From Auanema rhodensis (Eukaryota > Animalia > Nematoda), in assembly GCA_964057225.1 (NCBI GenBank), contig OZ059896.1, forward strand, positions 6,014,001-6,078,000: a stretch of DNA of 64,000 bases. Direction: 5' to 3'. This document shows positions 1 to 15,000 of the stretch, in pieces (the stretch's first letter is position 1; every line of letters begins with the position of its first letter). The translations under genes were made by a program, and so were the position numbers. The notes under the pieces are model-generated. The model was not told the DNA's origin. It was given only the letters and a program-made list of their open reading frames with translations, and made no database searches.

Positions 1-3000
1 TTTGAAATTTACGTGAACTTTAATTTATGCTAATTAAATGTACACGTGATGTGCACTTGGTATGTAACTCGCTTCACGTGAAAGATAAAGAGATGCGGTT
101 TTCAAAATTAGATTCCACATGTCCATATTAGTCTAAAAACGAATTTTTATTCATATTGGTGCTTGGTAACCATGACTTTGAAATTTACGTGAACTTTAAT
201 TTATGCTAATTAAATATAAACGTGATGTGCACTTGGTATGTAACTCGCTTCACGTGAAAGATGAAGAGATGCGGTTTTCAAAATTAGATTCCCCATGTCC
301 ATATTAGTCTAAAAACAAATTTTTTATTGATATTGGTGCATGGTAACCATGACTTTGAAATTTACGTGTACTTTAATTTATGCTAATTAAATGTACACGT
401 GATGTGCACTCGGTATGTAACTCGCTTCACGTGAAAGATAAAGAGATGCGGTTTTCAAAATTAGATTCCCCATGTCCATATTAGTCTAAAAACAAATTTT
501 TATTGATATTGGTTCATGGTAACCATGACTTTGAAATTTACGTGAACTTTAATTTATGCTAATTAAATGTACACGTGATGTGCACTTGGTATGTAACTCG
601 CTTCACGTGAAAGATAAAGAGATGCGGTTTTCAAAATTAGATTCCCCATTTCCATATTAGTCTAAAACCAAATTTTTATTGATATTGGTGCATGGTAACC
701 ATGACTTTGAAATTTACGTGTACTTTAATTTATGCTAATTAAATGTACACGTGATGTGCACTCGGTATGTAACTCGCTTCACGTGAAAGATAAAGAGATG
801 CGGTTTTCAAAATTAGATTCCCCATGTCCATATTAGTCTAAAAACAAATTTTTATTGATATTGGTTCATGGTAACCATGACTTTGAAATTTACGTGTACT
901 TTAATTTATGCTAATTAAATGTACACGTGATGTGCACTCGGTATGTAACTCGCTTCACGTGAAAGATAAAGAGATGCGGTTTTCAAAATTAGATTCCCCA
1001 TGTCCATATTAGTCTAAAAACAAATTTGTATTGATATTGGTTCATGGTAACCATGACTTTGAAATTTACGTGAACTTTAATTTATGCTAATTAAATATAC
1101 ACGTGATGTGCACTTGATATGTAACTCGCTTCACGTGAAAGATAAAGAGATGCGGTTTTCAAAATTAGATTCCCCATGTCCATATTAGTCTAAAAACAAA
1201 TTTTTATTGATATTGGTGCATGGTAACCATGACTTTGAAATTTACGTGAACTTTAATTTATGCTAATTAAATGTACACGTGATGTGCACTTGGTATGTAA
1301 CTCGCTTCACGTGAAAGATAAAGAGATGCGGTTTTCAAAATTAGATTCCCCATGTCCATATTAGTCTAAAAACGAATTTTTATTCATATTGGTGCTTGGT
1401 AACCATGACTTTGAAATTTACGTGAACTTTAATTTATGCTAATTAAATATAAACGTGATGTGCACTTGGTATGTAACTCGCTTCACGTGAAAGATGAAGA
1501 GATGCGGTTTTCAAAATTAGATTCCCCATGTCCATATTAGTCTAAAAACAAATTTTTTATTGATATTGGTGCATGGTAACCATGACTTTGAAATTTACGT
1601 GTACTTTAATTTATGCTAATTAAATGTACACGTGATGTGCACTCGGTATGTAACTCGCTTCACGTGAAAGATAAAGAGATGCGGTTTTCAAAATTAGATT
1701 CCCCATGTCCATATTAGTCTAAAAACAAATTTTTATTGATATTGGTTCATGGTAACCATGACTTTGAAATTTACGTGAACTTTAATTTATGCTAATTAAA
1801 TGTACACGTGATGTGCACTTGGTATGTAACTCGCTTCACGTGAAAGATAAAGAGATGCGGTTTTCAAAATTAGATTCCCCATTTCCATATTAGTCTAAAA
1901 CCAAATTTTTATTGATATTGGTGCATGGTAACCATGACTTTGAAATTTACGTGTACTTTAATTTATGCTAATTAAATGTACACGTGATGTGCACTCGGTA
2001 TGTAACTCGCTTCACGTGAAAGATAAAGAGATGCGGTTTTCAAAATTAGATTCCCCATGTCCATATTAGTCTAAAAACAAATTTTTATTGATATTGGTTC
2101 ATGGTAACCATGACTTTGAAATTTACGTGTACTTTAATTTATGCTAATTAAATGTACACGTGATGTGCACTCGGTATGTAACTCGCTTCACGTGAAAGAT
2201 AAAGAGATGCGGTTTTCAAAATTAGATTCCCCATGTCCATATTAGTCTAAAAACAAATTTGTATTGATATTGGTTCATGGTAACCATGACTTTGAAATTT
2301 ACGTGTACTTTAATTTATGCTAATTAAATGTACACGTGATGTGCACTTGGTATGTAACTCGCTTCACGTGAAAGATAAAGAGATGCGGTTTTCAAAATTA
2401 GATTCCCCATTTCCATATTAGTCTAAAAACAAATTTTAATTGATATTGGTGCATGGTAACCATGACTTTGAAATTTACGTGAACTTTAATTTATGCTAAT
2501 TAAATGTACACGTGATGTGCACTTGGTATGTAACTCGCTTCACGTGAAAGATAAAGAGATGCGGTTTTCAAAACTAGATTCCCCATTTCCATATTAGTCT
2601 AAAAACAAATTTTTATTCATATTGGTGCTTGGTAACCATGACTTTGAAATTTACGTGAACTTTAATTTATGCTAATTAAATATAAACGTGATGTGCACTT
2701 GGTATGTAACTCGCTTCACGTGGAAAATAAAGAGATGCGGTTTTCAAAATTAGATTCCCCATGTCCATATTAGTCTAAAAACAAATTTTTATTGATATTG
2801 CTGCATGGTAACCATGACTTTGAAATTTACGTGAACTTTAATTTATGCTAATTAAATGTACACGTGATGTGCACTTGGTATGTCACTCGCTTCACGTGAA
2901 AGATGAAGAGATGCGGTTTTCAAAATTAGATTCCCCATGTCCATATTAATCTAAAAACAAATTTTTATTGATATTGGTGCATGGTAACCATGACTTTGCA

Positions 3001-6000
3001 ATTTGCGTGAACTTTAATTTATGCTAATTAAATATACACGTGATGTGCACTTGGTATGTAACTCGCTTCACGTGAAAGATAAAGAGATGCGGTTTTCAAA
3101 ACTAGATTCCCCATTTCCATATTAGTCTAAAAACAAATTTTTATTCATATTGGTGCTTGGTAACCATGACTTTGAAATTTACGTGAACTTTAATTTATGC
3201 TAATTAAATATAAACGTGATGTGCACTTGGTATGTAACTCGCTTCACGTGGAAAATAAAGAGATGCGGTTTTCAAAATTAGATTCCCCATGTCCATATTA
3301 GTCTAAAAACAAATTTTTATTGATATTGGTGCATGGTAACCATGACTTTGAAATTTACGTGAACTTTAATTTATGCTAATTAAATGTACACGTGATGTGC
3401 ACTTGGTATGTCACTCGCTTCACGTGAAAGATGAAGAGATGCGGTTTTCAAAATTAGATTCCCCATGTCCATATTAATCTAAAAACAAATTTTTATTGAT
3501 ATTGGTGCATGGTAACCATGACTTTGAAATTTACGTGAACTTTAATTTATGCTAATTAAATGTACACGTGATGTGCACCTGGTATGTAACTCGCTTCACG
3601 TGAAAGATAAAAAGATAAGGTTTTCAAAATTAAATTCCCCATGTCCATATTAGTCTAAAAACAAATTTTTATTCATATTGGTGCTTGGTAACCATGACTT
3701 TGAAATTTACGTGAACTTTAATTTATGCTAATTAAATATAAACGTGATGTGCACTTGGTATGTAACTCGCTTCACGTGGAAAATAAAGAGATGCGGTTTT
3801 CAAAATTAGATTCCCCATGTCCATATTAGTCTAAAAACAACTTTTATTGATATTGGTGCATGGTAACCATGACTTTGAAATTTACGTGAACTTTAATTTA
3901 TGCTAATTAAATATACACGTGATGTGCACTTGATATGTAACTCGCTTCACGTGAAAGATAAAGAGATGCGGTTTTCAAAATTAGATTCCCCATGTCCATA
4001 TTAGTCTAAAAACAAATTTTTATTGATATTGGTGCATGGTAACCATGACTTTGAAATTTACGTGAACTTTAATTTATGCTAATTAAATGTACACTTGATG
4101 TGCACCTGGTATGTAACTCGCTTCACGTGAAAGATAAAAAGATAAGGTTTTCAAAATTAGATTCCCCATGTCCATATTAGTTTTAAAAACAAATTTTTAT
4201 TCATATTGGTGCTTGGTAACCATGACTTTGAAATTTACGTGAACTTTAATTTATGCTAATTAAATATAAACGTGATATGCACTTGGTATGTAACTCGCTT
4301 CACGTGGAAAATAAAGAGATGCGGTTTTCAAAATTAGATTCCCCATGTCCATATTAGTCTAAAAACAAATTTTTATTGATATTGGTGCATGGTAACCATG
4401 ACTTTGAAATTTACGTGAACTTTAATTTATGCTAATTAAATGTACACGTGATGTGCACTTGGTATGTAACTCGCTTCACGTGAAAGATGAAGAGATGCGG
4501 TTTTCAAAATTAGATTCCCCATGTCCATATTAGTCTAAAAACAAATTTTTTATTGATATTGGTGCATGGTAACCATGACTTTGCAATTTACGTGAACTTT
4601 AATTTATGCTAATTAAATGTACACTTGATGTGCACTTGATATGTAACTCGCTTCACGTGAAAGATAAAGAGATGCGGTTTTCAAAACTAGATTCCCCATG
4701 TCCATATAAGTCTAAAAACAAATTTTTATTGATATTGGTGCTTGGTAACCATGACTTTGAAATTTACGTGAACTTTAATTTATGCTAATTAAATATAAAC
4801 GTGATGTGCACTTGGTATGTAACTCGCTTCACGCGGAAAATAAAGAGATGCGGTTTTCAAAATTAGATTCCCCATGTCCATATTAGTCTAAAAACAAATT
4901 TTTATTGATATTGGTGCATGGTAACCATGACTTTGAAATTTACGTGAACTTTAATTTATGCTAATTAAATGTACACGTGATGTGCACTTGGTATGTAACT
5001 CGCTTCACGTGAAAGATAAAAAGATGCGGTTTTCAAAATTAGATTCCCCATTTCCATATTAGTCTAAAAACAAATTTTTATTCATATTGGTGCTTGGTAA
5101 CCATGACTTTGAAATTTACGTGAACTTTAATTTATGCTAATTAAATATAAACGTGATGTGCACTTGGTATGTAACTCGCTTCACGTGGAAAATAAAAAGA
5201 TGCGGTTTTCAAAATTAGATTCCCCATGTCCATATTAGTCTAAAAACAAATTTTTATTGATATTGGTGCATGGTAACCATGACTTTGAAATTTACGTGAA
5301 CTTTAATTTATGCTAATTAAATGTACACGTGATGTGCACTTGGTATGTAACTCGCTTCACGTGAAAGATAAAAAGATGCGGTTTTCAAAATTAGATTCCC
5401 CATTTCCATATTAGTCTAAAAACAAATTTTTATTGATATTGGTTCATGGTAACCATGACTTTGAAATTTACGTGTACTTTAATTTATGCTAATTAAATAT
5501 AAACGTGATATGCACTTGGTATGTAACTCGCTTCACGTGGAAAATAAAGAGATGCGGTTTTCAAAATTAGATTCCCCATGTCCATATTAGTCTAAAAACA
5601 AATTTTTATTGATATTGGTGCATGGTAACCATGACTTTGAAATTTACGTGAACTTTAATTTATGCTAATTAAATGTACACGTGATGTGCACTTGGTATGT
5701 AACTCGCTTCACGTGAAAGATGAAGAGATGCGGTTTTCAAAATTAGATTCCCCATGTCCATATTAGTCTAAAAACAAATTTTTTATTGATATTGGTGCAT
5801 GGTAACCATGACTTTGCAATTTACGTGAACTTTAATTTATGCTAATTAAATGTACACTTGATGTGCACTTGATATGTAACTCGCTTCACGTGAAAGATAA
5901 AGAGATGCGGTTTTCAAAATTAGATTCCCCATGTCCATATTAGTCTAAAAACAAATTTTTATTGATATTGGTGCATGGTAACCATGACTTTGAAATTTAC

Positions 6001-9000
6001 GTGAACTTTAATTTATGCTAATTAAATGTACACTTGATGTGCACCTGGTATGTAACTCGCTTCACGTGAAAGATAAAAAGATAAGGTTTTCAAAATTAGA
6101 TTCCCCATGTCCATATTAGTCTAAAAACAAATTTTTTATTGATATTGGTGCATGGTAACCATGACTTTGAAATTTACGTGTACTTTAATTTATGCTAATT
6201 AAATGTACACGTGATGTGCACTCGGTATGTAACTCGCTTCACGTGAAAGATAAAGAGATGCGGTTTTCAAAATTAGATTCCCCATGTCCATATTAGTCTA
6301 AAAACAAATTTTTATTGATATTGGTTCATGGTAACCATGACTTTGAAATTTACGTGAACTTTAATTTATGCTAATTAAATGTACACGTGATGTGCACTTG
6401 GTATGTAACTCGCTTCACGTGAAAGATAAAGAGATGCGGTTTTCAAAATTAGATTCCCCATTTCCATATTAGTCTAAAACCAAATTTTTATTGATATTGG
6501 TGCATGGTAACCATGACTTTGAAATTTACGTGTACTTTAATTTATGCTAATTAAATGTACACGTGATGTGCACTCGGTATGTAACTCGCTTCACGTGAAA
6601 GATAAAGAGATGCGGTTTTCAAAATTAGATTCCCCATGTCCATATTAGTCTAAAAACAAATTTTTATTGATATTGGTTCATGGTAACCATGACTTTGAAA
6701 TTTACGTGTACTTTAATTTATGCTAATTAAATGTACACGTGATGTGCACTCGGTATGTAACTCGCTTCACGTGAAAGATAAAGAGATGCGGTTTTCAAAA
6801 TTAGATTCCCCATGTCCATATTAGTCTAAAAACAAATTTGTATTGATATTGGTTCATGGTAACCATGACTTTGAAATTTACGTGTACTTTAATTTATGCT
6901 AATTAAATGTACACGTGATGTGCACTTGGTATGTAACTCGCTTCACGTGAAAGATAAAGAGATGCGGTTTTCAAAATTAGATTCCCCATTTCCATATTAG
7001 TCTAAAAACAAATTTTAATTGATATTGGTGCATGGTAACCATGACTTTGAAATTTACGTGAACTTTAATTTATGCTAATTAAATGTACACGTGATGTGCA
7101 CTTGATATGTAACTCGCTTCACGTGAAAGATGAAGAGATGCGGTTTTCAAAATTAGATTCCCCATGTCCATATTAATCTAAAAACAAATTTTTATTGATA
7201 TTGGTGCATGGTAACCATGACTTTGAAATTTACGTGAACTTTAATTTATGCTAATTAAATGTACACGTGATGTGCACTTGGTATGTAACTCGCTTCACGT
7301 GAAAGATAAAGAGATGCGGTTTTCAAAACTAGATTCCCCATTTCCATATTAGTCTAAAAACAAATTTTTATTCATATTGGTGCTTGGTAACCATGACTTT
7401 GAAATTTACGTGAACTTTAATTTATGCTAATTAAATATAAACGTGATGTGCACTTGGTATGTAACTCGCTTCACGTGGAAAATAAAGAGATGCGGTTTTC
7501 AAAATTAGATTCCCCATGTCCATATTAGTCTAAAAACAAATTTTTATTGATATTGGTGCATGGTAACCATGACTTTGAAATTTACGTGAACTTTAATTTA
7601 TGCTAATTAAATGTACACGTGATGTGCACTTGGTATGTCACTCGCTTCACGTGAAAGATGAAGAGATGCGGTTTTCAAAATTAGATTCCCCATGTCCATA
7701 TTAATCTAAAAACAAATTTTTATTGATATTGGTGCATGGTAACCATGACTTTGCAATTTGCGTGAACTTTAATTTATGCTAATTAAATATACACGTGATG
7801 TGCACTTGGTATGTAACTCGCTTCACGTGAAAGATAAAGAGATGCGGTTTTCAAAACTAGATTCCCCATTTCCATATTAGTCTAAAAACAAATTTTTATT
7901 CATATTGGTGCTTGGTAACCATGACTTTGAAATTTACGTGAACTTTAATTTATGCTAATTAAATATAAACGTGATGTGCACTTGGTATGTAACTCGCTTC
8001 ACGTGGAAAATAAAGAGATGCGGTTTTCAAAATTAGATTCCCCATGTCCATATTAGTCTAAAAACAAATTTTTATTGATATTGGTGCATGGTAACCATGA
8101 CTTTGAAATTTACGTGAACTTTAATTTATGCTAATTAAATGTACACGTGATGTGCACTTGGTATGTCACTCGCTTCACGTGAAAGATGAAGAGATGCGGT
8201 TTTCAAAATTAGATTCCCCATGTCCATATTAATCTAAAAACAAATTTTTATTGATATTGGTGCATGGTAACCATGACTTTGAAATTTACGTGAACTTTAA
8301 TTTATGCTAATTAAATGTACACGTGATGTGCACCTGGTATGTAACTCGCTTCACGTGAAAGATAAAAAGATAAGGTTTTCAAAATTAAATTCCCCATGTC
8401 CATATTAGTCTAAAAACAAATTTTTATTCATATTGGTGCTTGGTAACCATGACTTTGAAATTTACGTGAACTTTAATTTATGCTAATTAAATATAAACGT
8501 GATGTGCACTTGGTATGTAACTCGCTTCACGTGGAAAATAAAGAGATGCGGTTTTCAAAATTAGATTCCCCATGTCCATATTAGTCTAAAAACAACTTTT
8601 ATTGATATTGGTGCATGGTAACCATGACTTTGAAATTTACGTGAACTTTAATTTATGCTAATTAAATATACACGTGATGTGCACTTGATATGTAACTCGC
8701 TTCACGTGAAAGATAAAGAGATGCGGTTTTCAAAATTAGATTCCCCATGTCCATATTAGTCTAAAAACAAATTTTTATTGATATTGGTGCATGGTTACCA
8801 TGACTTTGAAATTTACGTGAACTTTAATTTATGCTAATTAAATGTACACTTGATGTGCACCTGGTATGTAACTCGCTTCACGTGAAAGATAAAAAGATAA
8901 GGTTTTCAAAATTAGATTCCCCATGTCCATATTAGTTTTAAAAACAAATTTTTATTCATATTGGTGCTTGGTAACCATGACTTTGAAATTTACGTGAACT

Positions 9001-12000
9001 TTAATTTATGCTAATTAAATATAAACGTGATATGCACTTGGTATGTAACTCGCTTCACGTGGAAAATAAAGAGATGCGGTTTTCAAAATTAGATTCCCCA
9101 TGTCCATATTAGTCTAAAAACAAATTTTTATTGATATTGGTGCATGGTAACCATGACTTTGAAATTTACGTGAACTTTAATTTATGCTAATTAAATGTAC
9201 ACGTGATGTGCACTTGGTATGTAACTCGCTTCACGTGAAAGATGAAGAGATGCGGTTTTCAAAATTAGATTCCCCATGTCCATATTAGTCTAAAAACAAA
9301 TTTTTTATTGATATTGGTGCATGGTAACCATGACTTTGCAATTTACGTGAACTTTAATTTATGCTAATTAAATGTACACTTGATGTGCACTTGATATGTA
9401 ACTCGCTTCACGTGAAAGATAAAGAGATGCGGTTTTCAAAACTAGATTCCCCATGTCCATATAAGTCTAAAAACAAATTTTTATTGATATTGGTGCTTGG
9501 TAACCATGACTTTGAAATTTACGTGAACTTTAATTTATGCTAATTAAATATAAACGTGATGTGCACTTGGTATGTAACTCGCTTCACGCGGAAAATAAAG
9601 AGATGCGGTTTTCAAAATTAGATTCCCCATGTCCATATTAGTCTAAAAACAAATTTTTATTGATATTGGTGCATGGTAACCATGACTTTGAAATTTACGT
9701 GAACTTTAATTTATGCTAATTAAATGTACACGTGATGTGCACTTGGTATGTAACTCGCTTCACGTGAAAGATAAAAAGATGCGGTTTTCAAAATTAGATT
9801 CCCCATTTCCATATTAGTCTAAAAACAAATTTTTATTGATATTGGTTCATGGTAACCATGACTTTGAAATTTACGTGTACTTTAATTTATGCTAATTAAA
9901 TATAAACGTGATATGCACTTGGTATGTAACTCGCTTCACGTGGAAAATAAAGAGATGCGGTTTTCAAAATTAGATTCCCCATGTCCATATTAGTCTAAAA
10001 ACAAATTTTTATTGATATTGGTGCATGGTAACCATGACTTTGAAATTTACGTGAACTTTAATTTATGCTAATTAAATGTACACGTGATGTGCACTTGGTA
10101 TGTAACTCGCTTCACGTGAAAGATGAAGAGATGCGGTTTTCAAAATTAGATTCCCCATGTCCATATTAGTCTAAAAACAAATTTTTTATTGATATTGGTG
10201 CATGGTAACCATGACTTTGCAATTTACGTGAACTTTAATTTATGCTAATTAAATGTACACTTGATGTGCACTTGATATGTAACTCGCTTCACGTGAAAGA
10301 TAAAGAGATGCGGTTTTCAAAATTAGATTCCCCATGTCCATATTAGTCTAAAAACAAATTTTTATTGATATTGGTGCATGGTAACCATGACTTTGAAATT
10401 TACGTGAACTTTAATTTATGCTAATTAAATGTACACTTGATGTGCACCTGGTATGTAACTCGCTTCACGTGAAAGATAAAAAGATAAGGTTTTCAAAATT
10501 AGATTCCCCATGTCCATATTAGTCTAAAAACAAATTTTTATTCATATTGGTGCTTGGTAACCATGACTTTGAAATTTACGTGAACTTTAATTTATGCTAA
10601 TTAAATATAAACGTGATGTGCACTTGGTATGTAACTCGCTTCACGTGGAAAATAAAGAGATGCGGTTTTCAAAATTAGATTCCCCATGTCCATATTAGTC
10701 TAAAAACAAATTTTTATTGATATTGGTGCATGGTAACCATGACTTTGAAATTTACGTGAACTTTAATTTATGCTAATTAAATGTACACGTGATGTGCACT
10801 TGGTATGTAACTCGCTTCACGTGAAAGATAAAAAGATGCGGTTTTCAAAATTAGATTCCCCATTTCCATATTAGTCTAAAAACAAATTTTTATTGATATT
10901 GGTTCATGGTAACCATGACTTTGAAATTTACGTGTACTTTAATTTATGCTAATTAAATGTACACGTGATGTGCACTTGGTATGTAACTCGCTTCACGTGA
11001 AAGATAAAAAGATGCGGTTTTCAAAATTAGATTCCCCATTTCCATATTAGTCTAAAAACAAATTTTTCTTGATATTGGTTCATGGTAACCATGACTTTGA
11101 AATTTACGTGTACTTTAATTTATGCTAATTAAATATAAACGTGATGTGCACTTGGTATGTAACTCGCTTCACGTGAAAGATAAAGAGATGCGGTTTTCAA
11201 AATTAGATTCCCCATGTCCATATTAGTCTAAAAACAAATTTTTATTGATATTGGTTCATGGTAACCATGACTTTGAAATTTACGTGTACTTTAATTTATG
11301 CTAATTAAATGTACACTTGATGTGCACCTGGTATGTACCTCGCTTCACGTGAAAGATAAAAAGATAAGGTTTTCAAAATTAGATTCCCCATGTCCATATT
11401 AGTCTAAAAACAAATTTTTTATTGATATTGGTGCATGGTAACCATGACTTTGAAATTTACGTGTACTTTAATTTATGCTAATTAAATGTACACGTGATGT
11501 GCACTTGGTATGTAACTCGCTTCACGTGGAAAATAAAGAGATGCGGTTTTCAAAATTAGATTCCCCATGTCCATATTAGTCTAAAAACAAATTTTTATTG
11601 ATATTGGTTCATGGTAACCATGACTTTGAAATTTACGTGTACTTTAATTTATGCTAATTAAATGTACACTTGATGTGCACCTGGTATGTAACTCGCTTCA
11701 CGTGAAAGATAAAAAGATAAGGTTTTCAAAATTAGATTCCCCATGTCCATATTAGTCTAAAAACAAATTTTTTATTGATATTGGTGCATGGTAACCATGA
11801 CTTTGAAATTTACGTGTACTTTAATTTATGCTAATTAAATATAAACGTGATGTGCACTTGGTATGTAACTCGCTTCACGTGGAAAATAAAGAGATGCGGT
11901 TTTCAAAATTAGATTCCCCATGTCCATATTAGTCTAAAAACAAATTTTTATTGATATTGGTGCATGGTAACCATGACTTTGAAATTTACGTGAACTTTAA

Positions 12001-15000
12001 TTTATGCTAATTAAATGTACACTTGATGTGCACCTGGTATGTAACTCGCTTCACGTGAAAGATAAAAAGATAAGGTTTTCAAAATTAGATTCCCCATGTC
12101 CATATTAGTCTAAAAACAAATTTTTTATTGATATTGGTGCATGGTAACCATGACTTTGAAATTTACGTGTACTTTAATTTATGCTAATTAAATGTACACG
12201 TGATGTGCACTCGGTATGTAACTCGCTTCACGTGAAAGATAAAGAGATGCGGTTTTCAAAATTAGATTCCCCATGTCCATATTAGTCTAAAAACAAATTT
12301 TTATTGATATTGGTTCATGGTAACCATGACTTTGAAATTTACGTGTACTTTAATTTATGCTAATTAAATGTACACGTGATGTGCACTTGGTATGTAACTC
12401 GCTTCACGTGAAAGATAAAGAGATGCGGTTTTCAAAATTAGATTCCTCATGTCCATATTAGTCTAAAAACAAATTTTTATTGATATTGGTTCATGGTAAC
12501 CATGACTTTGAAATTTACGTGAGATTCCCCATGTCCATATTAGTCTAAAAACAAATTTTTATTGATATTGGTGCATGGTAACCATGACTTTGAAATTTAC
12601 GTGAACTTTAATTTATGCTAATTAAATGTACACTTGATGTGCACTTGATATGTAACTCGCTTCACGTGAAAGATAAAAAGATGCGGTTTTCAAAATTAGA
12701 TTCCCCATGTCCATATTAGTCTAAAAACAAATTTTAATTCATATTGGTGCATGGTAACCATGACTTTGAAATTTCCGTGAACTTTAATTTATGCTAATTA
12801 AATGTACATGTGATGTGCACCTGGTATGTAACTCGCTTCACGTGAAAGATAAAAAGATGCGGTTTTCAAAATTAGATTCCCCATGTCCATATTAGTCTAA
12901 AAACAAATTTTTATTCATATTGGTGCATGGTAACCATGACTTTGAAATTTACGTGAACTTTAATTTATGCTAATTAAATGTACACTTGATGTGCACTTGA
13001 TATGTAACTCGCTTCACGTGAAAGATAAAGAGATGCGGTTTTCAAAATTAGATTCCCCATGTCCATATTAGTCTAAAAACAAATTTTAATTCGTATTGGT
13101 GCATGGTAACCATGACTTTGAAATTTACGTGAACTTTAATTTATGCTAATTAAATGTACATGTGATGTGCACCTGGTATGTAACTCGCTTCACGTGAAAG
13201 ATAAAAAGATAAGGTTTTCAAAATTAGATTCCCCATGTCCATATTAGTCTAAAAACGAATTTTTATTGATATTGGTGCATGGTAACCATGACTTTGAAAT
13301 TTACGTGAACTTTAATTTATGCTAATTAAATGTACACGTGATGTGCACCTGGTATGTAACTCGCTTCACGTGAAAGATAAAGAGATGCTGTTTTTAAAAT
13401 TAGATTCCCCATGTCCATATTAGCCTAAAAACAAATTTTTCTTGATATTGGTGCATGGTAACCATGACTTTGAAATTTACGTGAACTTTAATTTATGCTA
13501 ATTAAATGTACATGTGATGTGCACCTGGTATGTAACTCGCTTCACGTGAAAGATAAAGAGATGCGGTTTTCAAAATTAGATTCCCCATGTCCATATTAGT
13601 CTAAAAACGAATTTTTATTGATATTGGTGCATGGTAACCATGACTTTGAAATTTACGTGAACTTTAATTTATGCTAATTAAATGTACATGTGATGTGCAC
13701 CTGGTATGTAACTCGCTTCACGTGAAAGATAAAAAGATAAGGTTTTCAAAATTAGATTCCCCATGTCCATATTAGTCTAAAAACGAATTTTTATTCATAT
13801 TGGTGCTTGGTAACCATGACTTTGAAATTTACGTGAACTTTAATTTATGCTAATTAAATGTACACGTGATGTGCACTTGGTATGTAACTCGCTTCACGTG
13901 AAAGATAAAGAGATGCGGTTTTCAAAATTAGATTCCCCATGTCCATATTAGTCTAAAAACAAATTTTTATTGATATTGGTGCATGGTAACCATGACTTTG
14001 AAATTTACGTGAACTTTAATTTATGCTAATTAAATGTACACTTGATGTGCACTTGATATGTAACTCGCTTCACGTGAAAGATAAAAAGATGCGGTTTTCA
14101 AAATTAGATTCCCCATGTCCATATTAGTCTAAAAACAAATTTTAATTCATATTGGTGCATGGTAACCATGACTTTGAAATTTCCGTGAACTTTAATTTAT
14201 GCTAATTAAATGTACATGTGATGTGCACCTGGTATGTAACTCGCTTCACGTGAAAGATAAAAAGATGCGGTTTTCAAAATTAGATTCCCCATGTCCATAT
14301 TAGTCTAAAAACAAATTTTTATTCATATTGGTGCATGGTAACCATGACTTTGAAATTTACGTGAACTTTAATTTATGCTAATTAAATGTACACGTGATGT
14401 GCACTTGGTATGTAACTCGCTTCACGTGAAAGATAAAGAGATGCTGTTTTTAAAATTAGATTCCCCATGTCCATATTAGTCTAAAAACAAATTTTTCTTG
14501 ATATTGGTGCATGGTAACCATGACTTTGAAATTTACGTGAACTTTAATTTATGCTAATTAAATGTACATGTGATGTGCACCTGGTATGTAACTCGCTTCA
14601 CGTGAAAGATAAAAAGATAAGGTTTTCAAAATTAGATTCCCCATGTCCATATTAGTCTAAAAACGAATTTTTATTGATATTGGTGCATGGTAACCATGAC
14701 TTTGAAATTTACGTGAACTTTAATTTATGCTAATTAAATGTACACGTGATGTGCACTTGATATGTAACTCGCTTCACGTGAAAGATAAAGAGATGCGGTT
14801 TTCAAAATTAGATTCCCCATGTCCATATTAGTCTAAAAACAAATTTTTATTGATATTGGTGCATGGTAACCATGACTTTGAAATTTACGTGAACTTTAAT
14901 TTATGCTAATTAAATGTACACGTGATGTGCACTTGGTATGTAACTCGCTTCACGTGAAAGATAAAGAGATGCGGTTTTCAAAATTAGATTCCCCATGTCC

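Noticed and set aside
1-176. Satellite as a tandem ncRNA gene (SL RNA, snRNA, 5S, tRNA) or piRNA Ruby motif
   Set aside because: There is no SL leader, Sm site or A/B boxes. The variant CTGTTTTCA is not the CTGTTTCA motif and occurs in a minority of monomers.
4606-9543. Twin 60-aa ORFs at 4606..4788 and 9361..9543
   Set aside because: These are chance read-throughs of one satellite monomer in which a SNP removes the usual TAG. They are duplicated along with the 27-monomer block.
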